Part shown: piece after piece, positions 48,126 to 58,117 of the stretch
How the letters are laid out: each line of letters starts with the position of its first letter
Numbering within the stretch: the stretch's first letter is position 1
Assembly (NCBI GenBank): GCA_016185425.1
Contig: JACPNQ010000035.1
Location: 1-64,000, forward strand
Length of the DNA: 64,000 nt
Source of the DNA: Acidobacteriota bacterium
GTDB lineage: Bacteria > Acidobacteriota > Terriglobia > Bryobacterales > Bryobacteraceae
Reading direction: 5' to 3'
Made by a program: the position numbers and the translations under genes
The notes under the pieces: model-generated
What the model was told of the DNA's origin: nothing
What the model saw: only the letters and a program-made list of their open reading frames with translations
The model's database searches: none

Positions 48126-49509
48126 TGGAGATTTCGCGGACAACGCGATGGGCCGATTCGATAGAGCCCTGGATCCAGCCTGTCCAGCGCGAGGTATGTT
48201 CACCCGCAAAATGGATGCGGCCCTCCGGCACGGCGCATTCGGCGAGTGCGTTGAGGCGGCCGGGAGGCAGTCTGACCGTACCGCCATTCTGCCATTTGTC
48301 CTCTTTCCAATTCTTCACGGTGGCGCCCTCGAAATAGGAACGGGCGCCGGGAAAGAGCGTTTCGGCATCAGCCAAGGTGGCTCGAACACGCTCTGTTTCC
48401 GGCATGGCGCCGAGGCGCTCGGCTTTGGGGCCGATCATATAGCTGAGCAGCAGGCCTCGTGCGGCAGCTTGAGCCGGGCCGAGCGCCCAGAAGCGCTCAG
48501 AAAGTAGATCGGTGAACGCGAAACCGGAGAGACCTTGTTTGCGCCAGAACTGTTCGCGCATCTGCAGAAACACCTTGGTCATGTGCCCGTAGAGCAGCGT
48601 TTCGGTGAGAGTCTGCTTTTGCCGCGAAAGATGCGCGCCGTCGAACAAGCCGGCAGTAACCGAAAAGGGCAGCGTACAGACGATATGTGGCGCGCGGTGA
48701 GTCTCTCGCTCGCCTGCTCGCTCGATCGTAATAGAGGCTTGCGTACCGTCCTGCGTGAAGGCGGCCACGCGGCAGCCATATTGAATCTTGCCGGCGAGAC
48801 GGCGGGCGAGAGCAAAGGGCAGCAGATCGTTGCCGCCGCGGATGTGGAAGTAAGTATTGCGGATTTCCGAGCTGGACTCGACAAGAAGAAGGTGTCCCGC
48901 GGCAATCGTCGGACTGACGCCGAGCGTGGCGAGCTCGACAGCGTCAGGCGAGAGGCCTTGGCCGCTGAGGTATTCTCCGAGAGTGACCCGGTCGGCAGCG
49001 GCAATTGGAGGCGGGACTTGCAGCGAACGAGCGAATGGGCGAGCGGCTTCGACGGGCGGCAGAAGATACGTCTTCGCTAGACCATTGCGGCCGAGTTTGC
49101 GCTCTTCAGGCCTTAAATCGAGCGGCCAATCGGGCTCTTTGCCGTTGGCAATCGTGAAGCTCTTGCCGCGGATGTGGAATAGGTCCAGGCCGACGGGTGC
49201 ATGAAAGGGCTCGAGCGGTAGCCCGAATTCGTTGACGTAGGCGAGCGTGAAATGATGCGTGTCCGGGATGCGTGTGGCGCCGGTTTCCGCGGTCATCCCG
49301 GGACCCAGCCCTTCGCGTAATGTCTCAATCCGTCCGCCAGGACGCGCGCGCCCTTCGAAGATCGTGACGTCGTAGCCCCGCTTGGTCAACTCATGGGCGC
49401 ACGCGAGACCTGCGATTCCCGCTCCGGCAATCAGCACGCGCCTGTTGGAAGGCGCAGCGAACGCGGTGGCGGCAACAAGGCCTCCAAGGAATGCGCGGCG
49501 TTCGAGCAT
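48112..49509 (-). CDS. Tat-exported flavin-containing amine oxidase family protein
   Basis: Tat signal [10 protein letters not shown], Rossmann motif [11 protein letters not shown], and a C-terminal FAGEHTS motif. Confidence 0.8.
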   Translation of the reverse strand: MLERRAFLGGLVAATAFAAPSNRRVLIAGAGIAGLACAHELTKRGYDVTIFEGRARPGGRIETLREGLGPGMTAETGATRIPDTHHFTLAYVNEFGLPLEPFHAPVGLDLFHIRGKSFTIANGKEPDWPLDLRPEERKLGRNGLAKTYLLPPVEAARPFARSLQVPPPIAAADRVTLGEYLSGQGLSPDAVELATLGVSPTIAAGHLLLVESSSEIRNTYFHIRGGNDLLPFALARRLAGKIQYGCRVAAFTQDGTQASITIERAGERETHRAPHIVCTLPFSVTAGLFDGAHLSRQKQTLTETLLYGHMTKVFLQMREQFWRKQGLSGFAFTDLLSERFWALGPAQAAARGLLLSYMIGPKAERLGAMPETERVRATLADAETLFPGARSYFEGATVKNWKEDKWQNGGTVRLPPGRLNALAECAVPEGRIHFAGEHTSRWTGWIQGSIESAHRVVREISTSTL

Positions 49510-49515
49510 TTGGGG

Positions 49516-50028
49516 CTATTGTTTCACAGGTGCGGCGCCACCGCCGAGGTCCTTCTTCAGTTGGTCGACGATCTTTCGGGCTTGGGCGACAGTCTCTTTG
49601 GTTGCGCCGTTCTTGGGCTGGCGGTTCATCGACCACAGCAGAGTGCGCGACTGGCGTTCAACAAGAAAGATAGTCCCCTTGCCGCGGTTCCAGGATGAAT
49701 TCCCAACACGCTGCGCCGGCGCCATCGTGACTGCGGTAGAGTCTTTCTTCTCCGTCTCATCCTTTTTCGGTTCCTCGGTTTTGGGTGCGTAGAGGTCGTC
49801 GTACTTTTTCTCAAACCCTTCCCCAAGGGAGTCGGTGAACAATGCGTCGGCCTTTTTCGGGTCGGTCGTTACGGTGTAGACGCCGCTCTTGGTGAGTTCG
49901 CTGGCCAGGAATTGATCGAGGCCACCGCTCATCTTCAGAATGTAAACAGACTTCACGTTGCGGACTCCCGGATCCACGCCGAAGAGCGCCACGACGGACA
50001 TTGCCGATAGAAGGAGTGCTTTTCTCAC
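49516..50028 (-). CDS. Secreted hypothetical protein
   Basis: GTG start gives MRKALLLSAMSVVALFG, a signal peptide. Lys/Glu-rich central region. Confidence 0.4.
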   Translation of the reverse strand: MRKALLLSAMSVVALFGVDPGVRNVKSVYILKMSGGLDQFLASELTKSGVYTVTTDPKKADALFTDSLGEGFEKKYDDLYAPKTEEPKKDETEKKDSTAVTMAPAQRVGNSSWNRGKGTIFLVERQSRTLLWSMNRQPKNGATKETVAQARKIVDQLKKDLGGGAAPVKQ

Positions 50029-50741
50029 ACCCTCAGTTTAACGGCTACAATAACAGCTTGTACAAGGATCTCCGCATCACGGTGATCATCCCGTGCCTGA
50101 ATGAGGAACAGGGGATCGAAAAAGTGCTCCGCCGTATGCCGGCTTTCGTGGACGACGTGATTGTCGTCGATAACGGGTCAACGGACCGGACGGCGGAAGT
50201 GGCGGAGTCGTTCGGGGCGAAAGTGATCCGCGAGCATGTCCGCGGCTACGGGCGTGCCTACAAACGGGGATTTTCGGAGGCGACGGGCGATATCATCATC
50301 ACGCTCGATGGCGATCACAGCTACCCGCCGGACGCTATCTCGTACTTACTAGAGGCTTTCCTGCATTTGCAGGTCGATTTCCTGAACGCGTCGCGGTTCC
50401 CGGTGCGGGACCGGGAGGCGATGAGCTTCAAGCACAAATTCGGGAACTTTGTCCTCTCATTGGCCATGAGTTTGTTGTACTTCCGGTGGGTGCGGGATTC
50501 ACAGTCGGGAATGTGGGTATTCCGGCGGTCGATCCTGGAGGGGTTTGTCTTGGAAAGCGACGGGATGGCGTTCAGCGAAGAGATCAAGATCGAGGCGCTG
50601 CGTAGTTCAAACGTTCGTTTTTCTGAGATCAGCATTTTATACACGTCAAGACTGGGCGAAATCAAGCTAAATCCGTGGCGAGATGGCTTCTTTAACCTCT
50701 ATTTTTTGGCCAAAAAACGCTTTGCGCCATGGCGACGCTGA
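50001..50741 (+). CDS. GT2 glycosyltransferase (polyprenyl-phosphate sugar synthase / DPM1-like)
   Basis: ITVIIPCLNEE...VVDNGSTD...TLDGD (DxD). The track start 50001 is TTG. The true start is possibly TTG 50058 or GTG 50082. Confidence 0.7.
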   Translation: MPIEGVLFSHPQFNGYNNSLYKDLRITVIIPCLNEEQGIEKVLRRMPAFVDDVIVVDNGSTDRTAEVAESFGAKVIREHVRGYGRAYKRGFSEATGDIIITLDGDHSYPPDAISYLLEAFLHLQVDFLNASRFPVRDREAMSFKHKFGNFVLSLAMSLLYFRWVRDSQSGMWVFRRSILEGFVLESDGMAFSEEIKIEALRSSNVRFSEISILYTSRLGEIKLNPWRDGFFNLYFLAKKRFAPWRR

Positions 50742-51664
50742 CCGCAATCATCCCAAGCTACGGGTACCATCACCTGACCGAGGCAGCCGTCGTGCGGTTA
50801 GGGAAGCAGACGCTGCAACCGGATGAGATCATCGTCGTCGATGACGGCGCGGGGGTTCCGTTTGCGGGCACGCCCGGCGCAAGGATTATACGGCATACGG
50901 AAAATCGAGGGTTCGCCGCAGCGGTCAACTCGGGGATTCAGGCGGCTCGCACCGAATTGGTGGCCGTTCTGAACAATGATGTTGTGCTAGCAGATAATTG
51001 GCTAGAACGCCTAGCCCATGTAATTTCGGCCCGGCAATCCGATTTTGTCTGCGGTAAACTTTACCAACCTGACGGAACCCTGGATGGAACGTTTGATTTG
51101 CTCTGCCGAGGCGGCCTTGCGTGGCGAGTGGGAGCAGGACGAGCGGACGGGGCGGTATGGTCGAAGGCGCAAACAATATCATTTACGTCGTTTACGGCCA
51201 CACTCCTTCGCACCGGGGCGTTCCAGGAGGTCGGTGTCCTGGATGAGTCCTATCACTCTTATTATGAGGATGTGGAGTGGAGTCTTCGAGCGGCTCTTGC
51301 CGGCAAAACGGGGTACTTTGAACCGCAGGCAACCGGCATCCATACGGGCAGCGTGACAGCGGGAGTGTGGAGCTACTACTCGGCGCGGCAACTTCTCCGA
51401 AACCACCGGCGCATCGCTTATCAGTATCTGCTCCCCGACTTCGGGCGAGAGTACCGGATCGCACGCACACTGCTTCGTGCACACTGTCTGAATCACGGGC
51501 AATGGCCGGATGTGCCCCCAGAATCCATTGCGGCGAAGGCACGGGGTGGACGGCTCTTGGAACTGCTGCATACCTCGGAAGAGCAGTTGTATACGCTGCA
51601 AGCTGCGCAAGGGATGGACCGGTTGTGGCGGTGGTATTTCCAGTTGGCGGGGCGGATGGGGTGA
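50729..51664 (+). CDS. GT2-family glycosyltransferase
   Basis: TAIIPSYG...VVDDGAG...NRGFAAAVN. Overlaps the neighbouring genes (13 nt and 1 nt). Confidence 0.75.
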   Translation: MATLTAIIPSYGYHHLTEAAVVRLGKQTLQPDEIIVVDDGAGVPFAGTPGARIIRHTENRGFAAAVNSGIQAARTELVAVLNNDVVLADNWLERLAHVISARQSDFVCGKLYQPDGTLDGTFDLLCRGGLAWRVGAGRADGAVWSKAQTISFTSFTATLLRTGAFQEVGVLDESYHSYYEDVEWSLRAALAGKTGYFEPQATGIHTGSVTAGVWSYYSARQLLRNHRRIAYQYLLPDFGREYRIARTLLRAHCLNHGQWPDVPPESIAAKARGGRLLELLHTSEEQLYTLQAAQGMDRLWRWYFQLAGRMG

Positions 51665-52590
51665 TGGAGGAAGTGGCCGCGATCATCGTCACGCATAACT
51701 CGGCCGAGTGTATCGGACGGGCGGTAGAGGCGTGCGTGCGACAACAACTCGCGGTTTTTGTAATAGATAATGCGTCTGGAGATAGAACGGTTGAGGCCGT
51801 GCCGGCTGAATCCCTTGTGAAAGTGGTAGCTAATGGGAGGAATCTGGGGTTTGCGGGTGGGGTGAATCGGGGAGTTAGAGAGTCCACCGCGCCATTGTGC
51901 CTGTTGTTGAACCCGGACACGGAGCTCCTGGACGGCATAGAACCATTAGTGGCGGCCGTTGAAAATGGACACAGTGCCGCCGCCGGACTGCTCACAGACA
52001 GCTCGGGCAGACCGCAGAAGGGGTTTAGTTTCCGTCGCTTACCGACATGCGCAGCGTTGGCCTTTGAAGTGCTAGGGATAAACCGGATCTGGCCGGCGAA
52101 CCCGGTCAACCGGTGGTACCGCTGCCTGGACGAGGACCTGCTACGAGCACAGAGGGTCGAACAGCCGGCGGGGGCGTTTTTCCTGTTCCGCCGTGTTGAT
52201 TGGGAGCGATTGGGCGGGTTCGACGAGGGATTTTATCCGGTTTGGTTTGAGGATGTGGACTTCTGCCGCCGTCTTCAAAAGGCGGGCGGGACGATCTGGT
52301 TCGATCCTTCGGTACGCGTGTTACATCAAGGCGGGCATTCCGTTCAAAAGATTGAGCTTGGATGCCGCCAAAGGGTTTGGTATGGTAGTCTGCTTAGGTA
52401 CGCAGCGAAGCACTTTCGCCCCGTTTCCAGGCGTATCATAGCAGTTTCGGTAGCTTTCGCAGTCGTTCCCCGGATCCTGACCGGCATGGGAGGGGAACAG
52501 GTCCGAGCAAAAATTCATTCCATCAAATTCATCTGGAGATTGGCGTGGAGGTGCTTCCTAAAGGGCAGTTCGACGGAGCATATGCCCTGA
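51664..52590 (+). CDS. GT2-family glycosyltransferase (rhamnosyltransferase-like)
   Basis: AAIIVTHNSAE...VIDNASGD...NLGFAGGVN...FEDVDFC. ATG at 51664 overlaps the upstream stop. Confidence 0.75.
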   Translation: MEEVAAIIVTHNSAECIGRAVEACVRQQLAVFVIDNASGDRTVEAVPAESLVKVVANGRNLGFAGGVNRGVRESTAPLCLLLNPDTELLDGIEPLVAAVENGHSAAAGLLTDSSGRPQKGFSFRRLPTCAALAFEVLGINRIWPANPVNRWYRCLDEDLLRAQRVEQPAGAFFLFRRVDWERLGGFDEGFYPVWFEDVDFCRRLQKAGGTIWFDPSVRVLHQGGHSVQKIELGCRQRVWYGSLLRYAAKHFRPVSRRIIAVSVAFAVVPRILTGMGGEQVRAKIHSIKFIWRLAWRCFLKGSSTEHMP

Positions 52591-52659
52591 AAGGAGTACG
52601 ACAAACCAGAAAAACCGTAACGGGGTGGCTCTGGCCGTGTTCGATCTCACAACCTATTC

Positions 52660-53709
52660 ATGTCCCAATTCGATCTTGTCTCCGTCACCTTGGTGACATA
52701 CAACAGCGGCCGATTTATCAAGAAGTGTCTGGAGTCGGTATTAGCTCAGAAATACGCGGATTTGGAACTGATCGTCATCGACAATGCGTCCACTGACGGC
52801 ACTGTCGATATCCTGGAGCAGTTCGAGGGGCGTTGCCGAATCGTTTACAACGATGAAAACGTTGGCTTTGCCGCCGCCCAGAATCAAGCGATCGCCATGT
52901 CCCGCGGAGAATGGGTGCTGACGCTGAATCCGGACGTTTTACTATTGCCCGGTTTCATTCAGCAGCTTGTGGAAGCAGGGCAAATTCATCCGCGGATTGG
53001 CGCCGTTTGTGGGAAATTGCTGACGATTAAGTCGACATTCGAACTGCCGGAGAAACCGGTAATCGACTCGACGGGCATGTATTTCACGCCAATGCTCCGG
53101 CACCTCGACCGCGGCAGCCAGCAGCCCGATGGCGGGGAGTATTCCAATTTCGAGTACGTCTTCGGGGCGACGGCCGCCGCGGCGTTGTACAGGCGCGAGA
53201 TGGTTGAAGATGTCGCGTTGAACGGCGAATTCTTCGACAACGACTTTTTCGTCTACCGCGAGGACGCGGACGTGGCATGGCGGCACCAACTGCTGGGCTG
53301 GCGGTGCCTGTACACGCCATATGCGCGGGCGTACCATGTTCGCAATGTGCTGCCGGGGAATCGCCGTGCTCTACCCGCCGAGATCAACATGCACTCGGTG
53401 AAGAACCGGTTCCTGATGCGGATCAAGAACATGACGTGGGATCTATACCGGCGGAACTGGGTTTCTATTACGGTACGGGATTTCGTGGTGATCGGCGCCT
53501 GTTTGTTGCGGGAGCACAGCTCGCTGAAGGCATTCTGGAAAGTCGCCCGCTCCTGGGCGAGCCTGCGTGAAAAGCGCGCGGAGATCATGCGCCGCCGGAA
53601 GGCGACGGACGAATACATGGCCTCGTGGTTCCATGCACAGCCGGTCAGCCGGCCGGCGCCGAAGCCGTCTCCACGGGTGCTTGCACGGTTAAAAGCCGCC
53701 CGCGGCTAG
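52660..53709 (+). CDS. GT2-family glycosyltransferase (rhamnosyltransferase-like)
   Basis: VSVTLVTYNS...VIDNASTDGT...NVGFAAAQN...YREDADVAWR. Confidence 0.8.
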   Translation: MSQFDLVSVTLVTYNSGRFIKKCLESVLAQKYADLELIVIDNASTDGTVDILEQFEGRCRIVYNDENVGFAAAQNQAIAMSRGEWVLTLNPDVLLLPGFIQQLVEAGQIHPRIGAVCGKLLTIKSTFELPEKPVIDSTGMYFTPMLRHLDRGSQQPDGGEYSNFEYVFGATAAAALYRREMVEDVALNGEFFDNDFFVYREDADVAWRHQLLGWRCLYTPYARAYHVRNVLPGNRRALPAEINMHSVKNRFLMRIKNMTWDLYRRNWVSITVRDFVVIGACLLREHSSLKAFWKVARSWASLREKRAEIMRRRKATDEYMASWFHAQPVSRPAPKPSPRVLARLKAARG

Positions 53710-53712
53710 CTG

Positions 53713-54831
53713 ATGCGCATTGCCATTCTGGGCACGCGCGGAATACCGGCCCGCTACGGCGGATTTGAAACATTCGCGGAGGAATTGGGCCGGCGGCTGG
53801 CTGCGCGCCGTCACGAGGTGACGGTCTATTGCCGGGAACGGCACACAGAGCCGACCTATTTGGACATGCGGCTTGTGTATTTGCCGACGGTGCGGCATAA
53901 GTATGCCGACACGCTGGCGCATACGGCGATTTCAACGCTGCACGCGGTGACCAAGGGCTACGATGTGATCCTTTGCTGCAATGCGGCGAACGCGATCTTC
54001 TGCTGGCTGCCGCGAGTGTTTGGCACGCCGGTCACCCTGAATGTCGACGGGTTAGAACGCAACCGGAAGAAGTGGAACAAGCTGGCAAAGGCATGGTATC
54101 TGCTGTCGGAGCGTTTGTCGACGCTCTGCCCGACGCACGCGGTCTCCGACGCGGAAGCCATTCGTGACTACTACAGGCAGCGGTATGGGTGCGACACGAC
54201 GTTCATCTCATACGGCGCGGAACAGGGGAAGTTGGCGTCGCGGGCCGTGTTGGATGAATTAGGGCTGGAGGAAGAGCGCTACTTCCTTTACGTCAGCCGA
54301 TGGGAGCCGGAGAACAACGCGCTGCTGGTGCGGGAGGCGTTTGAGCGCGTTGAGACACCGATGCGGCTGGCGTTGATCGGTGATGCGCCGTACGCGCCGG
54401 AATATATCGCGCGTGTACGCGATACGAAGGATGCGCGAATTGTGATGCCGGGATATGTATTTGGGCTCGGATACAAAGAGCTGGGTTCACACTGTTTCGC
54501 TTACATTCACGCGACAGAGGTCGGGGGGACGCATCCGGCGCTGATTGAGGCGATGGGCCGCGGGGCGTTGGTGCTTTATCTGGATACTGTCGAGAACCGG
54601 GAAGTGGCGGGCGGGTGTGGGCTGCCGTTTACTCAAGCGACGCTGCCGGATGTGATGCGGCAGGCCATTGCGATGAGTGTAGAAGAACGCGCCCAATATC
54701 AGCGGGCCGCTTCTGAGCGAGTGCAGGAACGGTATAGCTGGGATGCGATTACGACGCAGTATGAGGCGCTGTTTGCGCGCCTATTGGAAGATGGCGTTGA
54801 GAGTTCCGGCCAGGCGAACACCCGCTTGTAG
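53713..54831 (+). CDS. GT4-family glycosyltransferase with a DUF1972-like N-terminus
   Basis: MRIAILGTRGIPARYGGFETFAEEL, typical of DUF1972+GT4 (WbnH/EpsD-like) enzymes. GT-B C-terminal E-x7-E region. Confidence 0.8.
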   Translation: MRIAILGTRGIPARYGGFETFAEELGRRLAARRHEVTVYCRERHTEPTYLDMRLVYLPTVRHKYADTLAHTAISTLHAVTKGYDVILCCNAANAIFCWLPRVFGTPVTLNVDGLERNRKKWNKLAKAWYLLSERLSTLCPTHAVSDAEAIRDYYRQRYGCDTTFISYGAEQGKLASRAVLDELGLEEERYFLYVSRWEPENNALLVREAFERVETPMRLALIGDAPYAPEYIARVRDTKDARIVMPGYVFGLGYKELGSHCFAYIHATEVGGTHPALIEAMGRGALVLYLDTVENREVAGGCGLPFTQATLPDVMRQAIAMSVEERAQYQRAASERVQERYSWDAITTQYEALFARLLEDGVESSGQANTRL

Positions 54832-55545
54832 CAACCGCTGTTTCACAATCGGCATGCTTTTGTAGACGTAGTCGTAGCTGAGTGGAAGTTCCTGTTTGAA
54901 CTCATAGCAGCGTCCGCGCAGAGCGTAGGACTCCGCCATCCACGTGCTGTAAGAAGTGGATTGCCACTGTTTGATTTCCGGCTCCGACGGATTGTCGAGA
55001 AAGCGAGCCCATTCAGTAAAGCTGAGCCTTTCGTGTTCAATTAACAGCTCATCCCAGACGGTGTGGAGATTGGTCGCTTCGGTGGAGCGGAACCAGTTGA
55101 CGGTGACACGGTTTCCGCCGAGATCGTCGCGTTTGCCGGCATGGAGGGGCTGGTGGAGATCACCGACCAAATGGACCAGGAACTTCAGCGCCTGGATTCG
55201 CTCTTCCTTGGAAATCGATGGATTACGGAGTGTCGCTTCAAACTTCTTGAGCGCGACGAGGATATCGCCAGCCGGGTTTTTTTCCATGGAATCGTAGGTT
55301 TGACCGTCCGGAATGTTGACATAGTGCCAGGGGTCGGCCATTTTCCAGGTGGGATCGGAACGGATCTCGTCGGGCCAGTTGGCAACTTCGGCAAGGGAGT
55401 CGGCGCCGAGTAGATCGCGGATCCCCTGCGCGGCTTTGGGAGAGAGGTGGTTCTCGGCGATTTGGCCGACGACACGGTGGCCGGTCTTGCCCCAGCCGAA
55501 CGACAAAATGGGCAATAAAACGACGGTTGCGAGTGCTTTGGACAT
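54781..55545 (-). CDS. Secreted S1/P1-family zinc nuclease
   Basis: Signal peptide and the N-terminal W of the mature protein (WGKTGHRVV). HYVNIP and LVGDLHQPLH zinc ligands. 51-nt convergent overlap with the GT4 gene. Confidence 0.85.
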   Translation of the reverse strand: MSKALATVVLLPILSFGWGKTGHRVVGQIAENHLSPKAAQGIRDLLGADSLAEVANWPDEIRSDPTWKMADPWHYVNIPDGQTYDSMEKNPAGDILVALKKFEATLRNPSISKEERIQALKFLVHLVGDLHQPLHAGKRDDLGGNRVTVNWFRSTEATNLHTVWDELLIEHERLSFTEWARFLDNPSEPEIKQWQSTSYSTWMAESYALRGRCYEFKQELPLSYDYVYKSMPIVKQRLLQAGVRLAGTLNAIFQ

Positions 55546-55590
55546 AGGCTGGCAACACTACGATAGCGCAGGAACGGATAATGGAACGAT

Positions 55591-56706
55591 ATGCATCGTT
55601 CCTGGCTGGAAGTTTCTCTAGGCCAAATTGCAGCGAATTTTCGGGCCATTCGGAGGCTGGCGGGCGGTGGTGTGACGGTGATGCCGGTGGTGAAGGCGGA
55701 TGCGTATCGGCACGGCGCAGTGGAAGTTTCGCGGGTGTTAGAAGAGGCCGGAGCGCGGTGGCTGGCGGTTTCGAATGTAAATGAAGGGATTGCGCTGCGG
55801 GAATCGGGCATTCGGAGCCGGATTCTGGTGATGGCGGACTTTCTGCCGATGAGCAGGCCGTTGTTTTTGGATTATGACCTGACGCCGGCGATTCATTCGC
55901 TGGAGGGCATTCGAGAGTATGAACGGCTGGCAGGATTGGCGGGGAAGGCAGCGCCGTTTCACTTGAAGATCGATACGGGAATGGGGCGGTTGGGTACGCG
56001 GGCTTCCGCGCAGGAGATTCTGGATGTGCTGGCGGAGACGCGGGCGGCACGGATGGAGGGGTTGATGACGCACTTTGCGTCTGCGCCGAATTATACGAGC
56101 GCGCAGACCGACGAGCAGATCGCGACGTTCACGGCGGTGCTGCGGCACTTGCGGAACGGCGGCATAGACCCGGCGTTTGTGCATATGTCGAGCACGGTGC
56201 CGTTGGCATATGGGCGGAAGGAGGCGTGGGGGAATCTCGTGCGGCCGGGACATGCAATTTATGGCTATGTTTCGCCGGCGAAGGGGTCGCCCGCGGCGCA
56301 GGCTTTGGATGTGCGGCCGGCATTGTCGTGGAAGGCGACTGTGTTGGAGGTGAAGGATGTGCCGGCGGGGGCCTCGATCGGGTATGGAGCGATCCACACA
56401 ACGGGACGGCCGGCGCGGATCGCCGTCTTGGGAGTTGGATATGCGGACGGGTATCCACACCGGCTGTCGAATAAGGGGAGGGTGTTGTTGCAGGGGAAGG
56501 CGGTGCCTGTTTTGGGAGCCGTGTCGATGGATCTGACAACAGTGGATGCGACGGGGCTGGATGTCGCCGCGGGGGACGCGGCGACATTGTTAGGGGTGGA
56601 AGGGAATGAGTCGATCGACGCGCAGCAGATTGCGAAGCTGGCGGGAACCATCTCGTACTCCGTGTTGTGCGGGATTAGCTCGCGCGTGGTGCGGTTATAC
56701 GTGTGA
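55591..56706 (+). CDS. alr: Alanine racemase
   Basis: PLP lysine motif VVKADAYRHG and the C-terminal domain. Confidence 0.9.
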   Translation: MHRSWLEVSLGQIAANFRAIRRLAGGGVTVMPVVKADAYRHGAVEVSRVLEEAGARWLAVSNVNEGIALRESGIRSRILVMADFLPMSRPLFLDYDLTPAIHSLEGIREYERLAGLAGKAAPFHLKIDTGMGRLGTRASAQEILDVLAETRAARMEGLMTHFASAPNYTSAQTDEQIATFTAVLRHLRNGGIDPAFVHMSSTVPLAYGRKEAWGNLVRPGHAIYGYVSPAKGSPAAQALDVRPALSWKATVLEVKDVPAGASIGYGAIHTTGRPARIAVLGVGYADGYPHRLSNKGRVLLQGKAVPVLGAVSMDLTTVDATGLDVAAGDAATLLGVEGNESIDAQQIAKLAGTISYSVLCGISSRVVRLYV

Positions 56707-56712
56707 CATGGC

Positions 56713-57045
56713 TTACCGCGGGGGCGTTGGGGGCGCCCACGGCCGTACCTCCACGCTAACGCCATAGCGCAGGCCGGGATGTGTCTTTGCGATCGCCGCT
56801 GCCTCTGCGAGATCGCGGGCTTCCAGGAAGACGATGGCGATGACAGGCCATTCGCCCGCTGACTGAGGGGCGCCGTCAGCAGGGGAAATGCGATGGTTCT
56901 CATTTCCCAGCATGTGGGGACCGAGCTTCCGGCCCTCATCGATCTGCCGGCGAGCCCACGCACTTACCTCCTCCGCACGCTGCTTTTGCTGTTCCTCCGA
57001 GAGCTCCTTGGGGCCTTTCCGGAATAAGAATGCGTATTGATTCAT
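56713..57045 (-). CDS. YciI-like (Dabb-fold) protein
   Basis: ATG at 57045 with AAGGAG RBS. MNQYAFLFRKG...is typical of YciI-family proteins. Adjacent to an AraC regulator. Confidence 0.6.
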   Translation of the reverse strand: MNQYAFLFRKGPKELSEEQQKQRAEEVSAWARRQIDEGRKLGPHMLGNENHRISPADGAPQSAGEWPVIAIVFLEARDLAEAAAIAKTHPGLRYGVSVEVRPWAPPTPPR

Positions 57046-57108
57046 TACTGCTCCTTTGCCCAATCGTAAGGGAGAGCGCGGAGCCAGGAATTGTACAAAA
57101 TCGGCGTT

Positions 57109-57885
57109 TCAGCAAGGAGTGTATTGCCGGAAGAACGTCTCCGGCGTTTGAGAGGTGAAGCGTTTGAAGTCCTTGATAAAGTGCGGCTGATCCGAATAGC
57201 CGGCGTCGTAGGCGATCCCGGTAAGGTTGCCGCCCGCCTCTTTCAGCCGGAAGACACGCCGGAGCCGGACGATCGACGCAAAGTGTTTTGGGGACGAGCC
57301 AACAGACCGCCGGAACCGTCTCTCGAGTGCACTAACGCTGAGTCCGAACTCGCGCGCCAAAGCGGCAACGCGAACAACGCCGTTGGCCTCGCGGATGTGC
57401 GCGGCAACGGCCTTGGAGAGCGGGTCCTCTGTGCGATCCCGAAACTGCGCGAGCAGGAAGCGTTCGACGGCGGCAAACCGTGCGGCGTTGTGGTCCACTT
57501 CGGCCAGTTGCTCGCTTACCGCCGCGACGGCGTTCCGCGGAATCAGGTCTTCGACCGGCGTGGCGGTGCCGAAGAGCAGATGGAGCGGCTGTGGCAGAAA
57601 TGAGGCGGCGCCAATCTCGGTGAACCTCGCCACCAGCATGCGGCTGTCGGCGGAGTGCACCATGGTGCGGGTATTGCCCTGGAGGCCGGAGACCACGGCT
57701 CCCGGCAGGGGAGTCACCCCCGACTGCAGGCAGGTTCCCCGAATGCGAAATGCGGCGACTAGACCAGTTTCCGGCAACAGAATCTGTGTCCGCACCGCAA
57801 GGGACTCCATGATGCGAAACTCCCGAACGAATGGACGCAACGCCGCACCAGGGTGATGTACCGTGACTTTGACGCCGGCGGGCAT
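57109..57885 (-). CDS. AraC-family transcriptional regulator
   Basis: C-terminal double HTH (VAALAREFGLSVSALERRFRR...GIAYDAGYSDQPHFIKDFKRFT). Confidence 0.85.
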   Translation of the reverse strand: MPAGVKVTVHHPGAALRPFVREFRIMESLAVRTQILLPETGLVAAFRIRGTCLQSGVTPLPGAVVSGLQGNTRTMVHSADSRMLVARFTEIGAASFLPQPLHLLFGTATPVEDLIPRNAVAAVSEQLAEVDHNAARFAAVERFLLAQFRDRTEDPLSKAVAAHIREANGVVRVAALAREFGLSVSALERRFRRSVGSSPKHFASIVRLRRVFRLKEAGGNLTGIAYDAGYSDQPHFIKDFKRFTSQTPETFFRQYTPC

Positions 57886-57990
57886 AGCCTATATTCCCTC
57901 AGATGAATCAACCAAAGACCGGGGTGCAAGTTCAATGCTAGGATCGTACTAGTGCTTTTCGTTTCGCAACTTATTAGCGTAGGTCTCGCG

Positions 57991-58020
57991 GTGGCGATTA
58001 TTATCGCCAGCTCCGCCTGA
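57991..58020 (+). promoter_or_regulatory. Candidate leader peptide ORF (GTG)-A-I-I-I-A-S-S-A-stop with three consecutive Ile codons
   Basis: GTG GCG ATT ATT ATC GCC AGC TCC GCC TGA, read directly. AGGT sits 6 nt upstream. Located in the 5' region of the ACT-ilvA operon. Confidence 0.45.
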
Positions 58021-58057
58021 GCCGGCCTGCGAACGAAAGCTTACGCAAGCGATTTTT

Positions 58058-58099
58058 GGCCCCTGGCGGATTCAGTTCCTCCAGGGGCTTTCCATTTTT
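58058..58099 (+). terminator. Intrinsic terminator-like hairpin plus T-tract between the leader ORF and the ACT-ilvA operon (candidate attenuator)
   Basis: ggcccctggcgga / tcctccaggggc stem (about 11 bp with 1 bulge), 6-nt loop, then tttccattttt. It ends 5 nt before the AAGGAG RBS of the 58118 gene. Confidence 0.5.
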
Positions 58100-58117
58100 A
58101 CCCCAAGGAGAAAGGCC

